Assembly: GCA_964494105.1 (NCBI GenBank)
Contig: CAZBQI010000001.1
Coordinates: 67,126-131,125 of the forward strand
Source of the DNA: an uncultured Candidatus Saccharibacteria bacterium
GTDB lineage: Bacteria > Patescibacteriota > Saccharimonadia > CAZBQI01
Direction: 5' to 3'
Length of the DNA stretch: 64,000 nt
Shown here: piece after piece, positions 19,781 to 28,617 of the stretch
How the letters are laid out: the number at the start of each line of letters is the position of its first letter
Position numbering within the stretch: the first letter of the stretch is position 1
Made by a program: the position numbers and the translations under genes
The notes under the pieces: model-generated
Told to the model about the DNA's origin: nothing
Database searches by the model: none
What the model saw: only the letters and a program-made list of their open reading frames with translations

Positions 19781-20215
19781 ATGGACTTCGACACTGAAAT
19801 TGAGTTGAATAAACCCTTAGGAATTGTGTGGGCGTTTTTAATTGATCCTGCCAATATGCATCTTTGGCTAGGTGAGGTCGTTAGGTTTGAACAAAAGGGT
19901 GGCACTAAGGGATTAGCTGGCTTTCGTTGCCGTTATTTTTTTAGCAACGGCTATGTTGATCAACGAATTCAAACAAGTGATATGCACAAGAAATTAGTTA
20001 TGACACTCGAGAACGATAGTTTCAATACCAATATGAAAATGGTATTTAACGAACAAGGTGGCAAGACAAGTATTAAGATCATGAGTAATACGGAAATTGA
20101 TGTTCCGGGCGCGGCGTTTGCCGGAAATGCCATACGCTCGGCAATTGACACCAAGATGTCTACATATCTGAATCGGCTACAAATGGCAATTGAACAACAA
20201 AAAACTACCCCCTAG
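19781..20215 (+). CDS. SRPBCC/START-like (polyketide cyclase-type) protein
   Basis: EIELNKPLGIVWAFLIDPANMHLW start and C-terminal amphipathic helix. Confidence 0.75.
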   Translation: MDFDTEIELNKPLGIVWAFLIDPANMHLWLGEVVRFEQKGGTKGLAGFRCRYFFSNGYVDQRIQTSDMHKKLVMTLENDSFNTNMKMVFNEQGGKTSIKIMSNTEIDVPGAAFAGNAIRSAIDTKMSTYLNRLQMAIEQQKTTP

Positions 20216-20229
20216 AAAGAGGGTAGTTT
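20202..20229. terminator. Probable bidirectional intrinsic terminator
   Basis: AAACTACCC-10 nt-GGGTAGTTT hairpin with A/T-rich flanks between convergent genes. Confidence 0.7.
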
Positions 20230-20253
20230 AGTTTTGTTAAGCCAAGGGCTTAA

Positions 20254-20481
20254 CTAAACAGCTGCTGGTTGGTCGCCACTGCCGTCTTGGCCAGCGTCGT
20301 CAGCCGGTGCTGATGCATCGGCTGCTGGTGCAACACTAGAATCACCAACGTCTTCTACCGGAGCGTTCGCTACAGGAGCGTCACCGCTTACACCGGCGTC
20401 TGGTGCTGATTGATTTTGTGCTGGTAGTTGGCCAGCATCTTGTGCTTGATCTTGTGGGTTTTGGTTCTGATCTTCGTCCAC
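20254..20481 (-). CDS. Small acidic low-complexity (Asp/Ala/Gln/Pro) protein
   Basis: 75 aa, GTG start preceded by a strong SD (AAAGGAGGT on the - strand); followed by the terminator. Confidence 0.7.
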   Translation of the reverse strand: MDEDQNQNPQDQAQDAGQLPAQNQSAPDAGVSGDAPVANAPVEDVGDSSVAPAADASAPADDAGQDGSGDQPAAV

Positions 20482-20573
20482 GAAAGACCTCCTTTTTTAT
20501 ATATTACCTTTTTATGTTATCACATATGTAAGAAGCTTGTGCTAAGTTGCTTTTGCAGTGCTAAAATGAGCGA

Positions 20574-20954
20574 GTGACTGATGACGAATATAAAGAGAAA
20601 TTAACACCAGAGCAATATCGGGTTTTGCGAAAAAAAGGCACAGAATTGCCGTTTACGGGAAAGCTATTAAATAATAAAGAATCCGGCATATATACTTGCG
20701 CTGCCTGTGGACACGAGCTATTTAGTAGTGACACCAAGTTTGAAAGTGGCAGTGGATGGCCTAGTTTTACCGACCCGGCCAACCGCGAACACGTAAAACT
20801 AAAAGTGGACAAGAGCTTAGGGATGGTACGAACAGAAGTTTTGTGTGCAAATTGTGGCTCGCACCTTGGGCATGTATTCGATGATGGTCCTGGTAAGAGT
20901 GGCCAAAGGTATTGCATTAATTCTGTGTGTTTAGATTTTAGGCCAAAGAGCTAA
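20574..20954 (+). CDS. msrB: Peptide-methionine (R)-S-oxide reductase
   Basis: [37 protein letters not shown]. Confidence 0.97.
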   Translation: MTDDEYKEKLTPEQYRVLRKKGTELPFTGKLLNNKESGIYTCAACGHELFSSDTKFESGSGWPSFTDPANREHVKLKVDKSLGMVRTEVLCANCGSHLGHVFDDGPGKSGQRYCINSVCLDFRPKS

Positions 20955-21030
20955 CTAAGAAGTTACTTTTATAGATAGTAAAATTAGAATTACTTGGCGA
21001 AGCTGAAAGAACAGTTGTACAATAAAGTTA

Positions 21031-21972
21031 ATGAAATCAGGTGAGCTAATACTGTTAAGCGGTAACGCCAATCGCCCCTTAGCAGAAAAGATTGCGGCGT
21101 ATCTCAAGATGCCCTTGAGCAAAGCTGATATTGGTGCGTTTAGTGATGGCGAAACCCACGTGAAGATTCTTGACGATGTGCGAGGTCGTGAAGTTTTTAT
21201 CATTCAGCCAACATCACCACCGACCAATCAGAACCTAATGGAACTTCTAGTGATGATCGACGCAATTAAGCGTGCCTCGGCCGGGCGGATTTCGGCTGTT
21301 GTGCCGTACTTTGGCTACGCCCGCCAAGACCGCAAAGACCAGCCAAGGGTGCCCATAACGGCGAAACTTGTGGCAAATTTGTTAACGGCAGCACGGGTAG
21401 ACAGAGTAGTGACGCTTGATCTACATGCTCACCAAATTCAGGGTTTTTTTGATATTCCCCTCGATCACATTTACGCGATCAATGTATTCGTTGATTATTT
21501 CGAAAGCAAGAAACTAAAAGACTTAGTAATTGTTAGTCCGGACGTTGGAGGAATAAAGATGGCTCGAGGTTACGCAACCCGATTGGGTGTTGATATGGCT
21601 GTGGTAGATAAACGGCGCTTAAGCGATAGCGAAACCGAAGTCATGAATATCTTGGGCGACGTAAAGGGCAAGAACGCCATTATTGTAGATGATATTGTCG
21701 CAACGGCGGGTTCTTTGTGCGAAGCAGCCAGTGCTATCAAGAAAGCCGGTGCTTTGAAGGTTTTTTCGGCAATTACTCACCCGATTCTATCCGGTCCGGC
21801 CATCGAAAGGATTGATAAATCTGACATTGAAGAACTGTGCGTAACAGATTCAATTCAGCTTACAGATGACAAGAAGAATAAAAAAATAACTGTGGTAAGC
21901 GTTGGCGACTTAATGGGTGAAGCCATTCGTCGGATTCACCACGCTGAATCTGTAAGTAGTTTATTTAGGTAA
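21031..21972 (+). CDS. prs: Ribose-phosphate pyrophosphokinase
   Basis: FSDGE, PYFGYARQDRK, DLHAHQIQGFF, IIVDDIVATAGS. Confidence 0.97.
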   Translation: MKSGELILLSGNANRPLAEKIAAYLKMPLSKADIGAFSDGETHVKILDDVRGREVFIIQPTSPPTNQNLMELLVMIDAIKRASAGRISAVVPYFGYARQDRKDQPRVPITAKLVANLLTAARVDRVVTLDLHAHQIQGFFDIPLDHIYAINVFVDYFESKKLKDLVIVSPDVGGIKMARGYATRLGVDMAVVDKRRLSDSETEVMNILGDVKGKNAIIVDDIVATAGSLCEAASAIKKAGALKVFSAITHPILSGPAIERIDKSDIEELCVTDSIQLTDDKKNKKITVVSVGDLMGEAIRRIHHAESVSSLFR

Positions 21973-21986
21973 AAAAAGAGGAAACC

Positions 21987-22703
21987 ATGGCATTTAAACG
22001 AGTACTAATTAAACTTTCAGGCGAAATGCTAATGGGTGAGCGCGAACATGGTATCGACCCCCATTTCATTAATAAACTTGCTCAAGAGTTCAAGCAAATA
22101 GTTGATAGAACAGGGGTTGAAATTGCAATTATGGTTGGCGGTGGCAACTTTATCCGAGGAGCAGCCGTAGCAGGTAACGGGATTGATCGAGTTACGGCTG
22201 ATTACATGGGGATGCTAGCGACAGTATTAAACGGTATGGCACTGGTGGACATTCTCGAGAAGAACAATCAGCCCGCCAGACTTTTGACCAGACTCCATGT
22301 AGCAAGTGTGGCCGAGCCTTACATTCGACGTCGCGGTATTCGACACCTGGAAAAGGGCCGAGTTGTTGTAATTGCGGGTGGATCTGGAAATCCGTTCATC
22401 ACTACTGACACACCGGCTGTTACTACTGCGTTAGAATTAAATTGTGACGTTGTAATGAAGGCGACTAAGGTTGATGGCGTATACAATAAAGACCCAATCA
22501 AGCACGCTAATGCAAAACGGATCGAAAAGCTTACCTATCAAGAAGTACTCAAGAATCCCGATATTGCGGTTATGGATCAATCGGCAATATCATTAGCTGA
22601 GGAAAACGGTCTGCCAATTGTGGTTTTTGATTTGCTTGGCAAGAATAACATGCAGCAATTAATTGAAGGTGAATCAATAGGATCAATCATTAGTGAAGGC
22701 TAA
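21987..22703 (+). CDS. pyrH: UMP kinase
   Basis: RVLIKLSGE, VGGGNFIRG, ADYMGMLAT, GNPFITTD. Confidence 0.97.
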   Translation: MAFKRVLIKLSGEMLMGEREHGIDPHFINKLAQEFKQIVDRTGVEIAIMVGGGNFIRGAAVAGNGIDRVTADYMGMLATVLNGMALVDILEKNNQPARLLTRLHVASVAEPYIRRRGIRHLEKGRVVVIAGGSGNPFITTDTPAVTTALELNCDVVMKATKVDGVYNKDPIKHANAKRIEKLTYQEVLKNPDIAVMDQSAISLAEENGLPIVVFDLLGKNNMQQLIEGESIGSIISEG

Positions 22704-22753
22704 AGCCTAGTAAAATATACGTACTGGGGGTATATTTGCTTTAAGAGGAGCCG

Positions 22754-23191
22754 ATGCCTGCGATAACTAAACGTCATATTATGAAAGTGGCGAAAATATC
22801 AATCCTGGTCTTGTTTGTTATGGCTATCGCAGTGGCAACCTATTACGCTTACGCGACCGTTATGCTTTCGAATCGTGTCAAAATTCACGTTGTTTCATCA
22901 TCCGGTAAGCCGATAACGAATCGCAATGTTGTATTTCGGTCAACCGAGTGCCGGCCAAGTCCCTGTAGTGGCAAAGTGCTAGCCGAGGTGAAAACTAGCT
23001 TGTTTGGTAATGCCACCTTAACAACCAAGGAGCTCCCAGATTCGTTTATAGTTGAGGCAGATGGCTACAAGCCAAGCGAAGAGTATTTACGTTTACCCGG
23101 CTCGCTGCAGTTCAGTCGTCAAAATGACTCTGATTTTTACTCAGTAGATATTAGCCAAGGAGATCTACATATAGTCCTAAAAGATAATTAG
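22754..23191 (+). CDS. Hypothetical membrane-anchored/secreted protein (start may be 22781)
   Basis: TM helix then a beta-rich domain with a CRPSPC Cys pair. Confidence 0.55.
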   Translation: MPAITKRHIMKVAKISILVLFVMAIAVATYYAYATVMLSNRVKIHVVSSSGKPITNRNVVFRSTECRPSPCSGKVLAEVKTSLFGNATLTTKELPDSFIVEADGYKPSEEYLRLPGSLQFSRQNDSDFYSVDISQGDLHIVLKDN

Positions 23192-23376
23192 AAATTCTTG
23201 TTTCGATAGAACAAATACCATCCGGACATTCCGCCCGCAATTAGTGACAACAGCAGGGCGATTCCGCCGGGAAAAAGGATAATTGGCGAGATTAAAAAAA
23301 TTAATGTACGAACCAAAATAAACACTAAGATTGCGGTTATTGTAAATTGGAACTCAGTGTTGTTTAGAAGGTTCAT
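23188..23376 (-). CDS. Small two-TM membrane protein
   Basis: 62-aa hydrophobic ORF directly after the upstream - strand gene. Confidence 0.5.
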   Translation of the reverse strand: MNLLNNTEFQFTITAILVFILVRTLIFLISPIILFPGGIALLLSLIAGGMSGWYLFYRNKNF

Positions 23377-23378
23377 TT

Positions 23379-23903
23379 CTATCTGTCAGTTGAATCTATT
23401 TGATTTAGTTGGTCAAGGTTGCGTTGATTATTATCATACACAGTTTCTAAAATTTTCTTTAGTGATGTGCTTTTCGATTCGTTAAATAGGTTTTGGATGT
23501 TGTTTCGATTCGCTTCTAGTTCTTGTTTAAGGCTTTTCTTATACTGTTCGTCGAAATCCACGCCGTTTTCTTTGGCGCTCAAAGCCACTGTCGGGTCGGC
23601 AGCTATCTGCTCTTTAGAGAGTTTCTTTAGTTTTATGGGCTTTCCGAAGCGTTTCGTATTATAGGCATTTATTTGAGTAGAATTACTGGTGGTAGTAATG
23701 GCGGTGTTAGTAGCGACCACTTTTATTTCGTAGCTACTTGCGCGTTTCTGAGCAAGCTCGGACAAAGCGATAATCCGGTTGTTTGTGCGATAGATAGTCT
23801 GCAAGCCTGGGCCGGTAACATTATCGCTGGTTGCGTTTATCACTACTAGCGAGAATATAATTAAGATCGCACCGATGAAAGCAAAAATTAAGATTTTCCT
23901 CAT
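23379..23903 (-). CDS. Hypothetical membrane-anchored helical-bundle protein (DUF4142-like)
   Basis: Start at MRKILIF (23903); IALSELAQKRASSYEIK and L...NGVDFDEQY patterns. Confidence 0.55.
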   Translation of the reverse strand: MRKILIFAFIGAILIIFSLVVINATSDNVTGPGLQTIYRTNNRIIALSELAQKRASSYEIKVVATNTAITTTSNSTQINAYNTKRFGKPIKLKKLSKEQIAADPTVALSAKENGVDFDEQYKKSLKQELEANRNNIQNLFNESKSTSLKKILETVYDNNQRNLDQLNQIDSTDR

Positions 23904-23982
23904 ATACCTATTTAAGCATAAGAGAGTAGCTTGTGCTAAACATATTGCAAGATAATGCAAAATATGCTATAAAATTGATGTT

Positions 23983-24330
23983 ATGCCAGAAATTACTGAG
24001 CAACTTAGTTTTCCTGAGCAAGGTAGTACACCCTATGAGGATGTTTATTATGAGCAACTATCCTTTAGTGGAATAGATGGCGGTGAGAGCGGTGTATCGG
24101 GTGCAACAATTAATACGTCTGCCGACTATCAAGAAGAAGATCCTGAAACAGCCGAATCTATTTACTTGAGATATTCATTCGCTCATGGAGTGACAAACGT
24201 GCAGCCATCATTACCACTAGTTGAGCAACTGCCACCTCCTCAACCATCGGCCTTACCTGATGCTGTTCGATTGGGCCACGAGAGACACCTAGAGGAAATT
24301 AGAAGTCAGCATTTTCCACATGCTAGTTAA
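23983..24330 (+). CDS. Hypothetical acidic disordered protein with two EQLSF motifs
   Basis: 115-aa ORF with its own promoter-like sequence (TTGCAA 23945; TGCTATAAAAT 23965-23975). Confidence 0.6.
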   Translation: MPEITEQLSFPEQGSTPYEDVYYEQLSFSGIDGGESGVSGATINTSADYQEEDPETAESIYLRYSFAHGVTNVQPSLPLVEQLPPPQPSALPDAVRLGHERHLEEIRSQHFPHAS

Positions 24331-24372
24331 GCGAGATTAAAGAGCTCTGGGCACCTCTGTTACAATTAGTGC

Positions 24373-26106
24373 ATGGATGCTGTTGAGGAAATCAAGTCAC
24401 GCTTGAGTGTAGACGAAGTAGTTGGTAGCTATATACAGCTAAAACCTGCCGGGGCAAATTTGCGTGGGTTGTGTCCTTTTCATAACGAAAAAACGCCTAG
24501 TTTTATGGTTAGCCCCGAAAAAGGTATATGGCATTGCTTTGGCTGTGGCGAAGGCGGTGATATGTTTACTTTTGTCGAGAAAATGGAAGGCCTAGACTTT
24601 AAGGCTGTACTAGAAAAGCTAGCGATTAAAGCCGGGGTAACTATAGAGGCTTCGACTCCGATGGCAGCCAAGCACGCTAAGCAAAAAGAGCGCTTAATGA
24701 TGGCGCTAGAACTAGCTACAAAATACTTTCAGCGAGGATTGGTAAAAAGTAAAACAGCCCAAAACTACATTATTCGTATTCGCGGGTTTAATAAGTCTAC
24801 TGTAGAGACATTTCGACTAGGCTATAGTCCGGATTCTCAGTCCGGCCTGAGCACGCAGTTAATAAAGAACGGCTTTAGTGAAAGTGAACTTATTCAAGCG
24901 GGCTTAGCGCGCAAGCGGGGCAATGGATTGCAAGATATTTTTCGGGGGCGAATGATGGTGCCTTTTATGGACGCACAAGCTCGCACCATTGGCTTTACCG
25001 GTAGGCACATCGCTGACGATGCATTCGGGCCCAAATACCTAAATACGCCGGCTACGGCACTGTTCGATAAGAGTCGGTTTATCTTCGGATTGTCGGTTGC
25101 TCGCGAATACATTCGCGATAAGGATGAAGTAGTGGTAAGCGAAGGCAACCTGGATGTACTTACTTCATTTCAGGCGGGTATAAAAAACGTTGTGGCCAGT
25201 AGCGGAACGGCTCTGACTATTGCCCAGTTAAAAACGCTTTCTCGCATTACAAAAAATGTAAAACTGGCTTTCGACCAAGACAAGGCTGGTTTATCGGCTA
25301 CCGAACGAGCTATTCCGTTGGCCCAAGATGCCGGCGTCACGTTGTCGATTGTAGATCTAAGTGGGGCGAAAGATCCCGATGAACTTATTCATCAAAGCCC
25401 AAGAATTTGGGAAAAAGCTATCGCCGAGGCACCCTATATTATGGATTGGTTGCTAGATAATTTAGCGAGCAAGTATTCCATCACGACGGCTACCGGGAAA
25501 AAACAAGTCAGCGACTCCGCTACAGCCGCGATTGCGAAGTTAACAGATAGCGTAGAACAAGATCACTATGTCAAAAAACTAGCTAAGTTGTTGCAGGTTT
25601 CATCGGATTCAATCTGGCAAAAGCTAGAAAAACTATTGCCAATTTCAACGTCTCAAAATAAAAAAGCAAAGTTATCGACAAAGCCAAAGGTGCGCCCGGA
25701 AAGCCAAACGGTTGAAGAGGCATTGCTGGCGATTAATTTGATGTTTCCGGATAGTCGAACTAGTCTAGACGAGCTGACCGCCGAACATTTTAGCTCCCAA
25801 GAGCGCCAGACAATTTTCGAGGCACTGCGTGAACTAGGATCACAAACCATAGAAAATGACATGCCTAAGTCTTTGCGAGCTTACGACAACTATGTTAAAA
25901 TACTACTGTTACGTGCCGAAGAAGAATATCGTGATTGGGCAGCTCTAGATCGTCGTATTGAGGCATTTAGTTTAAGCCAACGACTCGGCGTGCTATATAT
26001 CAAACACCTTAAACAAAAAATAACCAATGAAATTCACAAGGCTGAAGGTCAAGGTGATAGCAGTCGTCGCGACAAATTACTACAGCAATTTCGCGACTTG
26101 AATTAA
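24373..26106 (+). CDS. dnaG: DNA primase
   Basis: CPFHNEKTPSF, CFGC zinc finger, KYLNTP, EGNLDV, AFDQD, KDPDE. Confidence 0.98.
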   Translation: MDAVEEIKSRLSVDEVVGSYIQLKPAGANLRGLCPFHNEKTPSFMVSPEKGIWHCFGCGEGGDMFTFVEKMEGLDFKAVLEKLAIKAGVTIEASTPMAAKHAKQKERLMMALELATKYFQRGLVKSKTAQNYIIRIRGFNKSTVETFRLGYSPDSQSGLSTQLIKNGFSESELIQAGLARKRGNGLQDIFRGRMMVPFMDAQARTIGFTGRHIADDAFGPKYLNTPATALFDKSRFIFGLSVAREYIRDKDEVVVSEGNLDVLTSFQAGIKNVVASSGTALTIAQLKTLSRITKNVKLAFDQDKAGLSATERAIPLAQDAGVTLSIVDLSGAKDPDELIHQSPRIWEKAIAEAPYIMDWLLDNLASKYSITTATGKKQVSDSATAAIAKLTDSVEQDHYVKKLAKLLQVSSDSIWQKLEKLLPISTSQNKKAKLSTKPKVRPESQTVEEALLAINLMFPDSRTSLDELTAEHFSSQERQTIFEALRELGSQTIENDMPKSLRAYDNYVKILLLRAEEEYRDWAALDRRIEAFSLSQRLGVLYIKHLKQKITNEIHKAEGQGDSSRRDKLLQQFRDLN

Positions 26107-26131
26107 GATATAGAATAAATCGGAGAAACCA

Positions 26132-27247
26132 GTGCCAAGGAAACCAGCAGCTAAAACAGCTAAAGCAGAAGACAAAGAAGACCTAACCCCCGAAGGTATT
26201 GCCGAAACATTACTAAAGAAAGGCGTAGCCCAGGGCTTTATTGACTACACCGAAATCGCCAAAGCTTTGCCTGATGACGAAGAAAACTTAGAAGCACTCG
26301 ATTCCTTACATGGAAATTTGCTTGAAAAGAATGTGGAAATTATCAATCAAAAGGGCGGCCCATGGGAAGATGATGACGAGGACGAACCCGAAGAAGACGA
26401 CAAATACTTAGATGATATTGCCGATGACTCCGTGCGATTATATTTGCGTGAAATTGGTAAAATTCCCCTGCTAAATGCCGAGGAAGAAATAAAGCTTGCG
26501 AATAAAGTTAAGCGTGGTGACAAGCGCGCCAAAGACGCCATGGCCGAAGCTAACATGCGGCTCGTTGTATCGATTGCCAAGCGCTACGTTGGTCGCGGGC
26601 TGGATCTTTTAGACCTTATTCAAGAGGGCAACACTGGGCTCTTGCGAGCTGTAGAAAAGTTCGACCCTACCAAGGGCTTTAAATTTAGTACCTATGCTAC
26701 CTGGTGGATTCGCCAGGCTATTACCCGTGCCATTGCCGACCAGGCACGCACCATTCGTATCCCAGTGCACATGGTAGAGACTATAAACAAACTACTCCGG
26801 AACCAACGGCGCATGACCCAAGAACTTGGTCGTGAACCAACCAACGAAGAGCTAGCCAAAGAAATGGAAATGGAGGTCGAAAAAGTCGACCACATTATGA
26901 AGATCAAACAAGATATTAGCTCACTCGATGCGCCAGTACGCGATGACGAAGAAGATTCCAAGCTTGGAGACTTTATCGAAGACGAAGACAGTGACAGCCC
27001 TGAGGAGTCGGCTACGCAACAGCTTCTAAAAGAGCACGTAAATGAAATGCTCGATATTCTAACGCCACGCGAACAAAAAATTTTGCGCATGCGTTTTGGC
27101 TTAGATGATGGCCGTACGCACACCTTGGAAGAAGTTGGCCAAGAATTTGGTGTTACCCGTGAACGCATCCGGCAAATTGAGGCTAAAGCTCTGACGAAAC
27201 TACGCAAAAACCGCGACTCTAAGGCTCTCCGCGACTATTTGAAGTAG
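26132..27247 (+). CDS. rpoD: Primary RNA polymerase sigma factor
   Basis: [64 protein letters not shown]. Confidence 0.98.
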   Translation: MPRKPAAKTAKAEDKEDLTPEGIAETLLKKGVAQGFIDYTEIAKALPDDEENLEALDSLHGNLLEKNVEIINQKGGPWEDDDEDEPEEDDKYLDDIADDSVRLYLREIGKIPLLNAEEEIKLANKVKRGDKRAKDAMAEANMRLVVSIAKRYVGRGLDLLDLIQEGNTGLLRAVEKFDPTKGFKFSTYATWWIRQAITRAIADQARTIRIPVHMVETINKLLRNQRRMTQELGREPTNEELAKEMEMEVEKVDHIMKIKQDISSLDAPVRDDEEDSKLGDFIEDEDSDSPEESATQQLLKEHVNEMLDILTPREQKILRMRFGLDDGRTHTLEEVGQEFGVTRERIRQIEAKALTKLRKNRDSKALRDYLK

Positions 27248-27276
27248 TTGACAAAGCATAAACATTACCGTATAGT
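27248..27276 (+). promoter_or_regulatory. Near-consensus sigma70 promoter
   Basis: TTGACA-17 bp-TATAGT immediately after the rpoD stop. Confidence 0.8.
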
Positions 27277-27284
27277 AAATCCTT

Positions 27285-27383
27285 ATGTGTAATTCACACT
27301 CAGCAGTTTCAGACACAAACCGCCACAGCAACGACTTTGGTTTCTATTTTTATGCTTTTACAAAGGGGCGGTTTAGTCGTTAA
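27285..27383 (+). CDS. Putative Phe/Tyr-rich attenuation leader peptide (32 aa)
   Basis: MCNSHSAVSDTNRHSNDFGFYFYAFTKGRFSR*; ATG 8 nt after the -10 box; not in the ORF track (too short). Confidence 0.65.
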   Translation: MCNSHSAVSDTNRHSNDFGFYFYAFTKGRFSR

Positions 27384-27432
27384 ATAGATTTATTTTTAAT
27401 ACACACTAACCGCCCCCGAAGGGCGGTTTTCT
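27317..27432 (+). promoter_or_regulatory. Attenuator with alternative hairpins ending in an intrinsic terminator
   Basis: AAACCGCC (27317-24) pairs with GGCGGTTT (27367-74); GGGGCGGTTTAGT (27365-77) pairs with ACTAACCGCCCC (27405-16, one bulge); terminator AACCGCCC-ccgaa-GGGCGGTT-TTCT (27408-32). Confidence 0.75.
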
Positions 27433-27461
27433 AATGCAAAATTTTTATAAAGGAGATAACA

Positions 27462-28565
27462 ATGAACGAAGTAGATATAGCAGTAAGAATGGAAAATTTA
27501 ATGTCACATCAGTTGGGACGAGGGGGTCAGCCACTTGATCTTGATATTCAAAGGGTAGAGGGCGGCTGGAGTGCGGTAGAAGGAATACGGCTAGGACCTG
27601 ATTTGGAAGTGAGTCTTATGCGTGGGCCCCTAGAAATACCCCATGACTGGATACAAATTGGCACTGATTTAGTAGGGGCTTGGTCTGATTGGGCAATAAC
27701 TCAGGAATCAACTTGGATTGGCAAGAACCATGGTGTGGCATCGCCAATTATGAGGATAGACGGTACACTAGCCATGCAACCAGATAACACTATTGGCCTA
27801 GTGCCATACGAAGTAGAAGTTCGACCGTCTGGCTTGGGAATTGCTGCAGCCATAAGCCCAAAACTAAGATCCAAACTAGAAGCAGTAAGGAGCAGTTGGC
27901 CAGATGTAGTTACAAACGCAGCTGTTGTGGTAGACGATGGTGGTATTAGGCTTGATGATCATTTATGGCACCATGGCCGAGAAGAATCATTAGAGGACGC
28001 CACACATTCAGGCCAGTTGTTATTAGTAAGAAACAACAGTAATGGCAGTCCAGATCACCTAGCGCATTTAAGTGAACGTGCCATTGCTCCTATTACTAGT
28101 GATGGGCTAAAAACTCATGCTGCTACTTTAGGTATGGCAACGCTCGTTTCAAGTGTAGAAGAGCTAGACGGTTGGATGGACTTAATGCAAACTACAGGCA
28201 CTGTAATTAAGCCGGTTAAAGGCGCATATGCTCAGGGCGTAAGCATACATTCTAATGCACCAAAGAAAGAGCGACCTCGTGGTGTAGTAACATCTGGGCG
28301 ACTACTTCGCGATGCAGCCGAGCTAATTGGTCAAGACGGTTCTGTTTTGGTACAGCCGTTAGTCCCTCCTTTGGCCGGGGAAATAGGCCCCGACTCTTGT
28401 AAAATCTTACGATTATTTTGGGCAAATGATCTAGCGGGTGGCGGATGGGTTCCTTTGGGTGGAGTAGCGGTAACGCGTGACAATATTCGTGTACATGGAA
28501 CCTCGGATTCAGTTACTCAAGCGGTAGAAATTGTTGATGCACCAGCTCTTTCTGGTGTGTCTTAA
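27462..28565 (+). CDS. Circularly permuted ATP-grasp-like (glutathionylspermidine-synthase-like) ligase of unknown function
   Basis: MRIDG...YEVEVRPSGLG precedes VIKPVKGAYAQGV and VLVQP; SD AAGGAG upstream. Confidence 0.65.
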   Translation: MNEVDIAVRMENLMSHQLGRGGQPLDLDIQRVEGGWSAVEGIRLGPDLEVSLMRGPLEIPHDWIQIGTDLVGAWSDWAITQESTWIGKNHGVASPIMRIDGTLAMQPDNTIGLVPYEVEVRPSGLGIAAAISPKLRSKLEAVRSSWPDVVTNAAVVVDDGGIRLDDHLWHHGREESLEDATHSGQLLLVRNNSNGSPDHLAHLSERAIAPITSDGLKTHAATLGMATLVSSVEELDGWMDLMQTTGTVIKPVKGAYAQGVSIHSNAPKKERPRGVVTSGRLLRDAAELIGQDGSVLVQPLVPPLAGEIGPDSCKILRLFWANDLAGGGWVPLGGVAVTRDNIRVHGTSDSVTQAVEIVDAPALSGVS

Positions 28566-28617
28566 CAGAACCTTTGATATTTAGCTTATGCTATAATTTG
28601 GGGAGATATTATAAGGG

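Noticed and set aside
27277-27461. T-box or metabolite riboswitch
   Set aside because: No T-box UGGNACC motif or recognisable aptamer; the leader peptide plus alternative hairpins explains the structure better.
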